This document shows, piece by piece, positions 36,302 through 46,810 of a stretch of DNA of 64,000 nucleotides. Within the stretch, counting starts at the first letter, position 1, and each line of letters begins with the position of its first letter. Source of the stretch: Flavobacteriales bacterium (GTDB lineage Bacteria > Bacteroidota > Bacteroidia > Flavobacteriales_D > CAJJDF01); contig CBFHVI010000005.1 of NCBI GenBank assembly GCA_965658995.1, forward strand, positions 5,349 through 69,348. The letters are read 5' to 3'. The position numbers were made by a program, and so were the translations under genes. The notes below the pieces were generated by a model that saw only the letters and a list, made by a program, of their open reading frames with translations, was not told where the DNA came from and did not search any database.

Positions 36302-37630
36302 ATGAAAAATCTGTTTCTACACTTATTAGTTTTAGGGCTCGTGTTTTCTTGTAAAAAGGAGATATTTGTTCCCAATGACGAACACTCCATTCGACCAGAA
36401 GGTTGGGAGTCAAATTCACATTCTAATAATGTAGAACCTAATTATGATATAGTTTTTAACGAATCCAAAGTCAACAAGATTCACATTGTATTTACTGCAC
36501 AAGAATGGACTGACATGCAATCTGATTTGGCTATAGTGAAAGCCGGAGGCTATTCAGTTGAGCCTGCTTATTCACCAGTTGATTTTTATTTCAACGGTGT
36601 AAAATGGAATCATGTTGGGATTAGATACAAAGGAAATTCGAGTTTAAAAGGAGCCGGGAATGGGAAGCTTCCCTTTAAGTTTAATTTTGATTATTTCGAA
36701 GATATTTATCCCGAAATAAATAATCAACGATTTTATGGTTTTAAAAAACTAGCAATGGGAAGCGGCTATAAAGATGAGTCTTTAATGAGAGATAAAACGG
36801 CCTCTGACTTGTTTAGGGATTTTGGTGTCCCTGCTACTAGAACTGCTTTCTATGAGATTTATATTGATAAGGGAGATGGGGTTTATCAATATTTTGGCTC
36901 ATACACAATGAACGAAGTTGTAGAAGATACTTTCTTGAAAAATTACTTTGGTACAGAATCAGGGAATTGTTACAAACCGGATGGAAGTGGAGCGACTTTC
37001 AGAAATAATAGTTTTGTAGCTTCAAGTTTTCCAAATAAAACCAACGAAACAGCTAATCACAGCGATATTCAGGAATTGTTTACTGTCCTTCATTCACCAA
37101 CCCGACTTTCCAATCCTACAGCTTGGAAATCTGCTCTGGAAAATGTGTTTGACGTAGATGGATTTTTGAAATATTTGGCAGCAATGAATACTATTCAGAA
37201 TTGGGACTGTTACGGAAATGCTCCTCACAATTACTATTTATATAACGATCCAATTATGGGTAAGTTGAGGTGGATAGTTTGGGATTGTAATTTAGCTTTT
37301 GCTCCAGGCAGTGGAATGAGAACTTCTTTGAGTTTTGAAATGAATGAAGTAGATTCAAGATGGCCGCTCATAAACAATGTGATAGCTGACCAAGGATACA
37401 AGGCCACTTATAAAAACTATGTAAAGGATTTTTATAGGACAATTTTCACAACTTCTAGAATGAATTCGATAATTTCTAATCAGCAGACTTTACTCATGAA
37501 TTCGGCTGCTAATGAAGAGGTAAACTACACTTTTTTAACAGGAGGAATCGGGAGTTTCAATGCAGCAGTAAGTGATTTAATTAATCATTGTGCTTCCAGA
37601 GTTCTGGACGCTCAGAATTACGCTCCTTAA
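36302..37630 (+). CDS. CotH kinase family lipoprotein, paralogue 2
   Basis: 442 aa. Lipobox VFSC. Collinear with paralogue 1, sharing long identical blocks (PNYDIVFN, KVNKIHIVFTA, NQRFYGFK, RTAFYEIYIDKG, GNCYKPDG, VFDVDGFLKYLAA, GKLRWIVWD). Confidence 0.8.
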   Translation: MKNLFLHLLVLGLVFSCKKEIFVPNDEHSIRPEGWESNSHSNNVEPNYDIVFNESKVNKIHIVFTAQEWTDMQSDLAIVKAGGYSVEPAYSPVDFYFNGVKWNHVGIRYKGNSSLKGAGNGKLPFKFNFDYFEDIYPEINNQRFYGFKKLAMGSGYKDESLMRDKTASDLFRDFGVPATRTAFYEIYIDKGDGVYQYFGSYTMNEVVEDTFLKNYFGTESGNCYKPDGSGATFRNNSFVASSFPNKTNETANHSDIQELFTVLHSPTRLSNPTAWKSALENVFDVDGFLKYLAAMNTIQNWDCYGNAPHNYYLYNDPIMGKLRWIVWDCNLAFAPGSGMRTSLSFEMNEVDSRWPLINNVIADQGYKATYKNYVKDFYRTIFTTSRMNSIISNQQTLLMNSAANEEVNYTFLTGGIGSFNAAVSDLINHCASRVLDAQNYAP

Positions 37631-37752
37631 CGAAATAATTAAAACGAACAAACATTGTTGTTCTTAAGTAGTTAAGAAACTTAATCATCAGGCGGATTTT
37701 CGCCTATAGATTGGTGAATTCGCATCGATGTTCTCGTCAAAGAAGGATAAAA

Positions 37753-40539
37753 TTAATTCAACTTATCTTTCAAATAGTTTCCAGTTACTGAATCACCTTT
37801 CTTGGAAATAGTTTCTGGGGTACCTTCTGCCACTATTTTTCCTCCCTTTTCGCCTCCTTCGGGACCTAAGTCAATTACCCAATCAGCACATTTTATTACG
37901 TCCAAGTTGTGTTCAATCACGACCAGAGAATTCCCTTTGTCAATAAGCGCATAGAATGCCATGAGTAACTTTTGTATGTCTTCAAAATGCAGTCCGGTAG
38001 TAGGTTCGTCAAATATAAATAAGGTTCGTTTAGAGGATTTTTCTTTTACAAGAAATGAGGCAAGTTTTATTCTTTGAGCCTCACCTCCCGAGAGAGTGTT
38101 AGAGGATTGACCGAGTTTTAGGTAGCCAAGTCCCACATTTTCGAGTGGTGTAAGTTTAGTCACTATCTTTTTCCCGAATTTATCTCCAGATTCTGCAAAG
38201 AATGTTATCGCATCGGAGATAGTCATTTCCAAAATATCAAAAATGGAATATCCATTAAATTTGATTTCCAAGACTTCTTGTTTGAATCGTTTTCCTCTGC
38301 ACTCATCACATACCAACGAAATATCTGCCATGAATTGCATATTTACCTTCAATTCTCCGTCTCCACTGCAGCTTTCGCATCTTCCACCTTCCGTGTTAAA
38401 CGAAAAGTGTTTGGGTTTAAAACCATTTACTTGTGCTTGTTTTAAACCAGCGAAGAGGGCCCGGATATCGTCATACGCCTTGACGTAAGTTGCTGGATTC
38501 GATCGGGATGATTTTCCAATAGGATTTTGGTCGATAAACTCAACATCGTCAATGTGAGAAATGTCTCCCGTCATTTTGGCAAATTCCCCCGTTTTATTGG
38601 CAACTCCTCCTTTTACTTTTTTTAGTGCGGGAAAAATAATTTGTTTGATTAGTGAGGATTTTCCACTACCGCTTACTCCTGTAATTGCACAAAAAATATT
38701 CAAAGGGATGGTCACATCTATGCCTTGCAAATTATTTTCTCTACATCCCAAGAATTCTATTTTTCGCACACTATTTTTCCTCGTTTTTGGCACCAGAATC
38801 TCTTTTCTTAATGTAAGGTATTGGGCTGTTAAGCTCTCCTTAGAGGAGATCAATTGAGAATGGTTTCCTTGAAAAACAATTTCACCTCCATCAGTTCCTG
38901 CTAAAGGCCCCATATCAATAATTTCGTCAGCAATTTTCATGATATCCTCGTCATGTTCTACTACAATCACGGTATTTCCGATATCTCTCAGGGATTTCAG
39001 AACTTTTATCAATCGTTCGGTGTCTCGCGAATGTAAACCAATACTTGGTTCATCCAAAATGTACATTGAGCCAACCAAGCTACTGCCCAATGAAGTTGCC
39101 AAGTTTATTCGTTGCGATTCTCCTCCCGAAAGAGTAGACGAAAGTCTATTTAAGGTCAGGTAGCCCAACCCCACATCTAGCAGGAATTGAATTCGGAGAG
39201 TGATTTCTTTCAAAATCCTTTTAGAGATCTGATTTTCGTGATCCGATAGGGTTAGGTTTTCGAAAAACTCAGCACATTTTTCAAGAGAAATATCCACCAA
39301 GTCAGTTATATTCTTTCCGTTGATTTGGATGTAATTTGCCTCAGGTTTTAATCGCTTTCCTTCACAAGAAAGGCAGGTGGTTTTTCCGCGATAGCGACTC
39401 AGCATGATTCGGTACTGAATTTTGTACGATTGGCTCTCTACAAAAGCAAAAAACTCATTTATTCCCTTAAAATATTTGTTTCCAGTCCACAATACTTTTT
39501 TTTGTGCTGGGGTTAGTTCATAGTAAGGTTTGTGAATTGGAAAATCAAAATGATGAGCATTGTTGAATAAATCAAATGCCCATTGACTCATTTTTTCACC
39601 TTTCCAGCACACGATTGCTTCTTCGTATACAGACAAGTTTTTGTTTGGAATGACAAGGTCCTCGTCAATACCAATAATTTTTCCGTATCCTTCACAACTG
39701 GTACAGGCTCCAAGAGGATTGTTAAAGCTAAATAAATATTCATTGGGTTCGGAAAAATCCATGCCATCCAATTCAAATTTGTTGGAGAAAACTCGCGTTT
39801 CATTAGTGCTGGCTAATTCTACCTCGCAGGTTCCATTACTTTGTTGAAATGCAGTTTCGGCCGAGTCATAAATTCGGGCATTATTCTCCTCACTTTCTTG
39901 ATTTACAGAAATTCTGTCAATCACAATTTTCACACTTTCAAAATCGATAGGTGGATTGTCTATTACCTCCTCAATCACATGATTTTCTCCATCAATCTTC
40001 ACTCGGTTATATCCTTCCGTTTGAACATTTTGTAAGTACAAGGCAAGTTTATCTTTTTCCCTAATCATCAGCTCGGAGAGAATCACAGCTTTGGTTCCTT
40101 CTTTCTGGTTGTTGAGGTAAGTCAGTACATCCACGCTAGAATCTTTTTTTACCTCATTTCCCGAAATTGGTGAAATGGTTTTTCCAATACGAGCAAACAA
40201 CAGTTTCAAATAATCGTAAACTTCTGTGGAAGTGCCTACGGTAGATCTGGGGTTTCGAGAGTTTACTTTTTGCTCAATTGCAATGGCTGGCGCTATCCCT
40301 TTTATAAAATCTACTTGAGGTTTCTCTAATTTTCCTAAAAACTGTCTGGCGTAAGAAGATAAACTTTCGATGTATCTCCTTTGACCTTCGGCATACAAAG
40401 TATCAAAGGCTAAAGAAGACTTTCCCGATCCTGATAACCCAGTAATGACTGTAAGTTTGTTCTTGGCTATTTGGAGTTCAATATTCTTTAGGTTGTGCAC
40501 TTTGGCTCCTTTGATATGAATGTATTCTGATTTGTTCAC
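37753..40539 (-). CDS. uvrA: excinuclease ABC subunit A
   Basis: 928 aa. Two ABC modules (GLSGSGKSSL, GVSGSGKSSL, LSGGE signatures) and zinc-finger Cys clusters. Confidence 0.97.
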   Translation of the reverse strand: MNKSEYIHIKGAKVHNLKNIELQIAKNKLTVITGLSGSGKSSLAFDTLYAEGQRRYIESLSSYARQFLGKLEKPQVDFIKGIAPAIAIEQKVNSRNPRSTVGTSTEVYDYLKLLFARIGKTISPISGNEVKKDSSVDVLTYLNNQKEGTKAVILSELMIREKDKLALYLQNVQTEGYNRVKIDGENHVIEEVIDNPPIDFESVKIVIDRISVNQESEENNARIYDSAETAFQQSNGTCEVELASTNETRVFSNKFELDGMDFSEPNEYLFSFNNPLGACTSCEGYGKIIGIDEDLVIPNKNLSVYEEAIVCWKGEKMSQWAFDLFNNAHHFDFPIHKPYYELTPAQKKVLWTGNKYFKGINEFFAFVESQSYKIQYRIMLSRYRGKTTCLSCEGKRLKPEANYIQINGKNITDLVDISLEKCAEFFENLTLSDHENQISKRILKEITLRIQFLLDVGLGYLTLNRLSSTLSGGESQRINLATSLGSSLVGSMYILDEPSIGLHSRDTERLIKVLKSLRDIGNTVIVVEHDEDIMKIADEIIDMGPLAGTDGGEIVFQGNHSQLISSKESLTAQYLTLRKEILVPKTRKNSVRKIEFLGCRENNLQGIDVTIPLNIFCAITGVSGSGKSSLIKQIIFPALKKVKGGVANKTGEFAKMTGDISHIDDVEFIDQNPIGKSSRSNPATYVKAYDDIRALFAGLKQAQVNGFKPKHFSFNTEGGRCESCSGDGELKVNMQFMADISLVCDECRGKRFKQEVLEIKFNGYSIFDILEMTISDAITFFAESGDKFGKKIVTKLTPLENVGLGYLKLGQSSNTLSGGEAQRIKLASFLVKEKSSKRTLFIFDEPTTGLHFEDIQKLLMAFYALIDKGNSLVVIEHNLDVIKCADWVIDLGPEGGEKGGKIVAEGTPETISKKGDSVTGNYLKDKLN

Positions 40540-40642
40540 GGTATGAAAATTGAAATGTTGAGCGTACTCGAATAGTTTTTTAACGACCTCAAAGGTAGAG
40601 AATCTTACGTTAAGAAACTGCCATATAACTGAATATTCTGAT

Positions 40643-40650
40643 TAAATTTG
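40643..40650 (+). promoter_or_regulatory. -7 promoter box (TAAATTTG)
   Basis: Exact TAnnTTTG match, 17 nt upstream of ATG 40668. Confidence 0.5.
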
Positions 40651-40667
40651 GAACTAAATTAGTCTCA

Positions 40668-41165
40668 ATGAAAACACTGTATATTGTTCGTCATGCCAAA
40701 TCAAGTTGGAGTGAAAACAAAGTGATTGATTACAACCGATCGCTGAATGAACGAGGAAAAAAAGACATAAAAACGATGGGCCAACGGTTGGTGGATAGAC
40801 AGGTGAAAATTGACAAAATTTTGGGAAGTGCCTCCAAAAGAACTAAGGCAACAGCTCGAGGTCTCAACAAGTTTCTTGGACTGCCAACTGATAAAATTGA
40901 ATGGAGTTCACAGTTGTATCATTCAGATGTTTCTGTGTTACTTCATCAGGTTTGTCAAACTTCAGATGAGTGCCACAACTTGATGCTGGTAGCTCACAAC
41001 CCCGGAGTTTCTGACTTTTGTGATTACCTCACAGAGTTAGAATATTATTTCCCCACCCTTGGCATGGTAAAAGTAGTGTTTGAAGCAGTCAGCTGGAGAG
41101 AAATTTCAAAATCAACAGGAACGGTAGAATGGATTGATTTTCCAAAAAACACTTTGATTTTCTAA
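40668..41165 (+). CDS. SixA-type histidine phosphatase family protein
   Basis: 165 aa. LYIVRHAKS (RHG-type motif) and LVAHNPG. Confidence 0.75.
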   Translation: MKTLYIVRHAKSSWSENKVIDYNRSLNERGKKDIKTMGQRLVDRQVKIDKILGSASKRTKATARGLNKFLGLPTDKIEWSSQLYHSDVSVLLHQVCQTSDECHNLMLVAHNPGVSDFCDYLTELEYYFPTLGMVKVVFEAVSWREISKSTGTVEWIDFPKNTLIF

Positions 41166-41242
41166 TTCTAGCAGATTAAAAACTTTGATTCATAAGTTAG
41201 ATTCAACTTTTTTACTATATTGGGGCAAAATTAGAGAAGAAA

Positions 41243-41629
41243 ATGTCAGAAAAAATAATGTTTGAAACCGAAATTCCTATTAAAACTTCAGTAGGAATCT
41301 TGTACGATATGATGACTACCCCAAGTGGATTGTCTGATTGGTTTTGTGAAGACGTGAATATTGATGGAGATATTTATAGTTTTTTCTGGGATGGAGAAGC
41401 CGAAAAGGCAGAATTATTGAGAATGAGTAAGAATGAGTTTGTTCGTTTCAAATGGGTAGAGGATGAAGACGACAGTACGTATTTTGAGTTGAGGATAAAG
41501 ATTGATGGAATCACCAAGGATGTAGCGCTCGTAGTTACAGATTTTGCTGATAATCAAGAAGAAGTTGAAGAAAACACCCTCCTATGGGAAAGTCAGATCA
41601 ATGACCTGAAAAGAGTTATTGGAGCCTAA
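41243..41629 (+). CDS. START/SRPBCC-like small protein
   Basis: 128 aa with an acidic tail. Pattern resembles Bacteroidota START-like domain proteins. Weak call. Confidence 0.45.
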   Translation: MSEKIMFETEIPIKTSVGILYDMMTTPSGLSDWFCEDVNIDGDIYSFFWDGEAEKAELLRMSKNEFVRFKWVEDEDDSTYFELRIKIDGITKDVALVVTDFADNQEEVEENTLLWESQINDLKRVIGA

Positions 41630-41663
41630 ACAATAATTCTTTTTATTAAATGTTTTATGATTT

Positions 41664-43106
41664 ATGTTGAAGAAGCTAGATTGGTTCATCATAAAATCTT
41701 ACATCGTCCCTTTCGTTGTAACCTTTTTTATTGCAGAATTTGTTCTAATTCTTCAGTTTATATTTATTTACCTTGATGATTTTGTTGGAAAGGGAGTAGG
41801 AGTTAATCTCTATTCGGAGCTGGTGTTTTATGCATTTCTTGAGGTTGTTCCTATGGCTTTGCCTTTAGCCATTTTGCTTTCTTCTATAATGGCGATGGGC
41901 AATTTGGGCGAAAAAAACGAACTTACGGCAATGAAAGCGGCAGGAGTATCTCTCCTAAGAGTGATGCGACCTCTTTTTTACATCATGTTATTATTGGCAG
42001 GTATTTCATTTTATTTTTCCAATTATGTGTGGGGCGAAGCTTATCTCAAAAAGAAGATACTTATTTCGGATATGACCAACAAAAAGCTCTCCTTGGTGCT
42101 TAAAGAAGGAGTTTTTTTTAATGAAATAGATAACTATAGCATCCGTGCAAACAAAGTAAACAAAGAAACCAACGAGCTAGGAGATGTATTGATATACCAG
42201 CACAATCCAACATTTAAGTACCGAAAAGTAATTCGCGCAGAAAGGGGTGAAATGAACAAGTCAGAGGAGGGTTCGTTTTTGATTCTTACCTTGCACAACG
42301 GAGAAATAAATGAGGTGATGAACCCTGTGGGAAACCCTATGGAAGAAAAAAGCAAATTACCTCATCAGCGAATTCAATTTGATAAAACCACCCAAAAAAT
42401 TGATATTTCTTCGCTGAGTTTAAATCGTACGTCTGAAGAAGATTATGCTCGTCAGCCAAGTCTGTTACCAGTGCTTGAATTAACCAAAGTAGTGGATTCC
42501 ATGCAAGCGGATTACGATACGGTAATGAGAACACTTCTGCCGTATTATGAAAATACTTATACCATCAATCAAGAAATAAAAAGCTTGTCGATGGACACCA
42601 TTTTACCAGCTTATTTTCATTTAGATTCTTTGCTTCCTCAAGAAAGAAAAGTGGTTCTTCAGAACGCAGCAAACCGACTCGAAAACTCCATAAACTATTT
42701 GGATAACAGAGCGAATGATATCTGGAACAGAGCGAAAGCGAAAGCGAAAGTTGAAACAGAGTGGCATCGTAAATTTACGCTTTCTTTTGCTTGTATCGTC
42801 TTATTTCTAGTGGGTGCTCCATTGGGGGCGATTGTAAAGAAAGGCGGGCTAGGAATTCCCATTGCCATTGCGATTGTATTGTTCATCGTGTATTACATAA
42901 TTTCAATAACTGGACAAAGATTAGGCAGGGGATTAGCTATTCCTCCCTACGTTGGTATGTGGTTAAGTTCTATTATGCTATTCCCTCTTGGATTAGTACT
43001 AACGTATAAGGCAGCCACCGAATCAAAAATTCTCGACTTTGAGTTGATAGGAAATTTTATAAAATCTTTTTTTGGCTGGGTGATAAAAAAAGTTTCAAAA
43101 AAGTAA
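41664..43106 (+). CDS. LptF/LptG family permease
   Basis: 480 aa. Three N-terminal TM, a large periplasmic beta-jellyroll-like insert and three C-terminal TM. YjgP/YjgQ-like N-terminus. Confidence 0.8.
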   Translation: MLKKLDWFIIKSYIVPFVVTFFIAEFVLILQFIFIYLDDFVGKGVGVNLYSELVFYAFLEVVPMALPLAILLSSIMAMGNLGEKNELTAMKAAGVSLLRVMRPLFYIMLLLAGISFYFSNYVWGEAYLKKKILISDMTNKKLSLVLKEGVFFNEIDNYSIRANKVNKETNELGDVLIYQHNPTFKYRKVIRAERGEMNKSEEGSFLILTLHNGEINEVMNPVGNPMEEKSKLPHQRIQFDKTTQKIDISSLSLNRTSEEDYARQPSLLPVLELTKVVDSMQADYDTVMRTLLPYYENTYTINQEIKSLSMDTILPAYFHLDSLLPQERKVVLQNAANRLENSINYLDNRANDIWNRAKAKAKVETEWHRKFTLSFACIVLFLVGAPLGAIVKKGGLGIPIAIAIVLFIVYYIISITGQRLGRGLAIPPYVGMWLSSIMLFPLGLVLTYKAATESKILDFELIGNFIKSFFGWVIKKVSKK

Positions 43107-43117
43107 CGGGTAAGAGT

Positions 43118-44566
43118 TTATTGAACACTAGAAGAACTAGTAGGTTGTTTGGAGTGGTAAATGTCTATGGCAACTATAATGGCGAAACAAGTCCATACTG
43201 GCACAGAAGCCTTATCTGTGTCAAGGTAATTATTTAAAACACCATGTGCAAAGTACGATACCAGTGCAAGCATAACTGACAATAACAGTGTTTTGAGTTC
43301 TTTATCTTCTAGTTCGATAAAGAGTTTACTCCCTTTGTAAAAAACAAAGAATAGCAGAACAAAGAAAGAACAAAGTCCTAACACACCCATTTCAGAGAGC
43401 GCTCCCAAATATTCGCTGTGTGCATTGCCTCTATTCCCAAAGTTTGTACTAATTACTGTAATTTCGCTTGAGTGCTGAAAAGGAGCATATTCAAAAGCGT
43501 AAGTTCCTGGTCCCCAACCAAAAACAGGTCTTTCTTGAAACATTCGTATTGCACAATTCCACCGATTAATTCTTTCGAGGTTGGAAGCATCCGTAGAGAC
43601 GTTGGAAATAGACTCGATATGTTTGCTAATATTCTCCGAGGAATCTGTTTTGTTTTTGCTCAATGCAATTGAGATATCTGTGTAATATTGATACCCCACA
43701 AAGCCGCCAAACAGAGCTAGAAGCACAACATATTTTACATGAATTTTTAACTTAAAAAGTACCCAGACTCCCAACGCGGCAACAAGGCTTACCCAGGCAG
43801 CTCTCGTGTAAGAATAAAGCAATCCAACGCTCAATATTACCAAAAATAAAATGAGTATGTATTGAATGATAGCTGAATTCTTTTTGCGGTACAGCAACCC
43901 AATCGAAAGCGGAATGTAAAAGGCAACAATTGCTCCGTAAGAAGTGTGGTCTTTGTAGAAAGGAGACATGATCCAATGTGCAGCTTTTTGATCAAATCCC
44001 CAAGTGTAATGACGAACCAGCGTGATTAACACGACAACCGAAAGAGAAATAAGGTAAAGCCAGACAACTCGAAACATATTTTCTTTTTTTCTAAACACTA
44101 TGATCAAATAGAAAAATAGGGGAATCACAAACCAGAGTTTGGCGATTAAAAATTTTACCGAAACAATGGGATTGGAACTGGTGAAAGCCGTAATTCCCAT
44201 CCAAAAGAGATAAAAAAATACCGATAATGTAATGGGGTGATTCAATAACTTTTTGTCGTAGGTGCCGCGAAGAAATGCCTTAATGGATAACAAAATCATA
44301 AGCCCAAATAAAATAGGCTCAGTAGGAAGATAAAACCCCACATTACCCAGAGCCAATTGTTCGAGGTTCAAAGAAAAAGGAGTGCAAAGAATGACGAAAA
44401 AAAGCAGCTCCTTGGTTTTGTAAAAACTGAAATACACAACACTCACTGCCAGAGGCAAAAGCGAGAAATAATAGTTTCCATGAAATAGAAAATACCCGTT
44501 AACCCCAATAAAAAGAAAGCTGAGGAATAAGAGAAGGAATTGATATTTCGAAAATGCCTTGGGCAA
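43118..44566 (-). CDS. O-antigen ligase/polymerase (Wzy_C) family membrane protein
   Basis: 482 aa with more than 10 TM. YSYTRAAW-type loop preceding a large periplasmic loop containing NAHSEYL. Confidence 0.6.
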   Translation of the reverse strand: MPKAFSKYQFLLLFLSFLFIGVNGYFLFHGNYYFSLLPLAVSVVYFSFYKTKELLFFVILCTPFSLNLEQLALGNVGFYLPTEPILFGLMILLSIKAFLRGTYDKKLLNHPITLSVFFYLFWMGITAFTSSNPIVSVKFLIAKLWFVIPLFFYLIIVFRKKENMFRVVWLYLISLSVVVLITLVRHYTWGFDQKAAHWIMSPFYKDHTSYGAIVAFYIPLSIGLLYRKKNSAIIQYILILFLVILSVGLLYSYTRAAWVSLVAALGVWVLFKLKIHVKYVVLLALFGGFVGYQYYTDISIALSKNKTDSSENISKHIESISNVSTDASNLERINRWNCAIRMFQERPVFGWGPGTYAFEYAPFQHSSEITVISTNFGNRGNAHSEYLGALSEMGVLGLCSFFVLLFFVFYKGSKLFIELEDKELKTLLLSVMLALVSYFAHGVLNNYLDTDKASVPVWTCFAIIVAIDIYHSKQPTSSSSVQ

Positions 44567-44567
44567 A

Positions 44568-45557
44568 TTACGATTCTTTTCTGTTAAGTTCTTTTATTTT
44601 TTCAAATACCAAAAGCAATACAATCGCAAACAAGAAGGCAGAAATTGTAGAAACAACTACAATGAGCCATCGAATGGGATATGCTTTCTTTTCAGAAGCT
44701 GAAGCTTTTTCTACAGTAAACTTGTGCGAAAACTTGGAGTTTGCATCAGATTTTAATTGCTCATACACGGCATCCTTTGTTGAGAGCCTAATGTTCATCC
44801 ATTCTAGTTTGTTTTCGTAGTTGGAGTAGATGCTTCCGTATTGGTCTGTGGCCTTAATTTTTGCCTCAATCAATTGTTTCGTGCTCCCATCTTTTGCATT
44901 TGCAAGGGCGGTGATCAAGGTAGGTCGAGTTTCTTTGTCTACCACACCAAGTTGGTTAAGGGCGGCAAGTGTATCAACAATCGCCTGAATGTCATCTTTT
45001 AGTTTGTTTCTTTCAGACTCAGCTACCTCCAGAGCTTCAGAAGATCTTTCGTTAATCATTCTGTTTTTAGCGTTATCAAAGAGGTTGGCAATATCATTTG
45101 CCATGTCAGCCGCCATTTGAGGATTTTTGTCCATTACCTCAATCAATACGGATCCATATTTTGTACGAGAAAAGGAAACGTTTTCCTCGTAAGTCTTATT
45201 CAATGCAGTGAATTTTATCTTGCTTGTTGTGTCAATTTCATAGTGATTCATCAGGTCATATTTGCGAATGATCACATTTCGTATTTCGGCCGACTGCAAA
45301 ACCTGAATCATTTGTTCAGCTTGTTCTTCTTCTCCAAATTGAGCAGCACTCTGTTCTGGATGAACTTCGTCAGTAAAGGCAACTGTATTGGACATTGCGG
45401 GATACAACGTAACCACAGATTTAAATTTTTCTTCTATCAGCAAGGAGTAAATAATTGCGCCAATGGCTGCAATTGTCGTAATTAGTGCAAGGACTCCTTT
45501 TTTGTTCCAAATAAATTGAATGAGGTCTTCAGCTTGGTTGTTTTCTTTTTGAATCAT
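44568..45557 (-). CDS. Wzz-like polysaccharide chain-length determinant protein
   Basis: 329 aa. N- and C-terminal TM flank a coiled-coil periplasmic region. It ends 1 nt before the Wzy-like gene starts. Confidence 0.55.
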   Translation of the reverse strand: MIQKENNQAEDLIQFIWNKKGVLALITTIAAIGAIIYSLLIEEKFKSVVTLYPAMSNTVAFTDEVHPEQSAAQFGEEEQAEQMIQVLQSAEIRNVIIRKYDLMNHYEIDTTSKIKFTALNKTYEENVSFSRTKYGSVLIEVMDKNPQMAADMANDIANLFDNAKNRMINERSSEALEVAESERNKLKDDIQAIVDTLAALNQLGVVDKETRPTLITALANAKDGSTKQLIEAKIKATDQYGSIYSNYENKLEWMNIRLSTKDAVYEQLKSDANSKFSHKFTVEKASASEKKAYPIRWLIVVVSTISAFLFAIVLLLVFEKIKELNRKES

Positions 45558-45809
45558 GCTAATCGGGGTTAAAAATAAAGCGACTAAATTACTAATATCT
45601 TAGCCAATTTAGTAATTATTTATCCATAACGGCCATATTCAAAAATTATTAGGGAGTTTCTTTTTTTTATTTGTTCCACTTCGTACCTGTCTCATCAAAG
45701 AATCTGGCTACAACGATAAAATGCATTAGGGGAGATTATTAGCAAGAACATAACAATAAAAAGTCATGAAATTCCTATCTTCGTGAGGTAAACAAATACG
45801 ACAAAATAA

Positions 45810-46808
45810 ATGAAAATTATTGTACCAATGGCGGGTAGAGGCTCGCGTCTTAGACCACACACCTTAACTATTCCCAAACCATTAATGCCGGTAGCCGGAA
45901 AACCTATAGTCCAAAGATTGGTGGAAGATATTGCAGCGGTAAGCAACGAAACGATTGATGAAATCGCCTTTATCATTGGAGATTTTGGGACAGAAACAGA
46001 AAAGCAACTAGTCAGTATTGCCGAAAGTTTGGGGGCTAAAGGAAGTGTTTTTCATCAAGAAGAAGCTCTTGGAACGGCTCATGCAATTTTATGTGCTCAA
46101 GAATCGCTCATAGGAAATGTGGTAGTAGCTTTTGCAGATACCTTGTTTCGAGCAGATTTTAAGTTAAATTCACAAGATGATGGAATCATTTGGGTTAATC
46201 AAATTGATAATCCGAGTGCATTTGGAGTGGTAAAATTAAATGAAGAGGGAATCATTACAGATTTTGTTGAGAAACCAAAAGAATTTGTCTCTGACCTAGC
46301 CATTATCGGAATCTATTATTTCAAAGATGGTGAGTATCTAAAGAATGAGCTTCAATATTTAATTGATAATAACATCCGTGAAAATGGAGAGTATCAGATT
46401 ACCAATGCTCTGGAGAATATGAAACGGAAAGGTGCAAAGTTCAAAACGGGTAAAGTTAATGCTTGGATGGATTGTGGGAACAAGAACGTGACAGTAGAAA
46501 CAAACCAACGCGTACTTGAGTTTATAGGTGAAAATGTGATAGAGGGAAATTACGAGTCTGTTAATTCGGTTGTGATAAAACCTTGTTTTATAGGAGATAA
46601 TGTGAAGTTAGTTAATTCGGTTGTTGGTCCCCATGTATCTATAGGGAACAATACTGTGATAGAAAATACAGTTATACAAAACTCTATTATACAGAACGAA
46701 ACAAGGATTGTAAATGGAAACATGACCAATTCTATGATAGGAAACAAAGTGTCCTATGCAGGAAAATTGGACGATGTAAGTATTGGTGATTACACTGAAA
46801 TAAAATAA
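45810..46808 (+). CDS. sugar-phosphate nucleotidyltransferase with C-terminal left-handed beta-helix
   Basis: MKIIVPMAGRGSRLRPHTLTIPKPL (GxGxRLxPxTxxxPK) plus hexapeptide-like repeats at the C-terminus. Confidence 0.8.
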   Translation: MKIIVPMAGRGSRLRPHTLTIPKPLMPVAGKPIVQRLVEDIAAVSNETIDEIAFIIGDFGTETEKQLVSIAESLGAKGSVFHQEEALGTAHAILCAQESLIGNVVVAFADTLFRADFKLNSQDDGIIWVNQIDNPSAFGVVKLNEEGIITDFVEKPKEFVSDLAIIGIYYFKDGEYLKNELQYLIDNNIRENGEYQITNALENMKRKGAKFKTGKVNAWMDCGNKNVTVETNQRVLEFIGENVIEGNYESVNSVVIKPCFIGDNVKLVNSVVGPHVSIGNNTVIENTVIQNSIIQNETRIVNGNMTNSMIGNKVSYAGKLDDVSIGDYTEIK

Positions 46809-46810
46809 GA

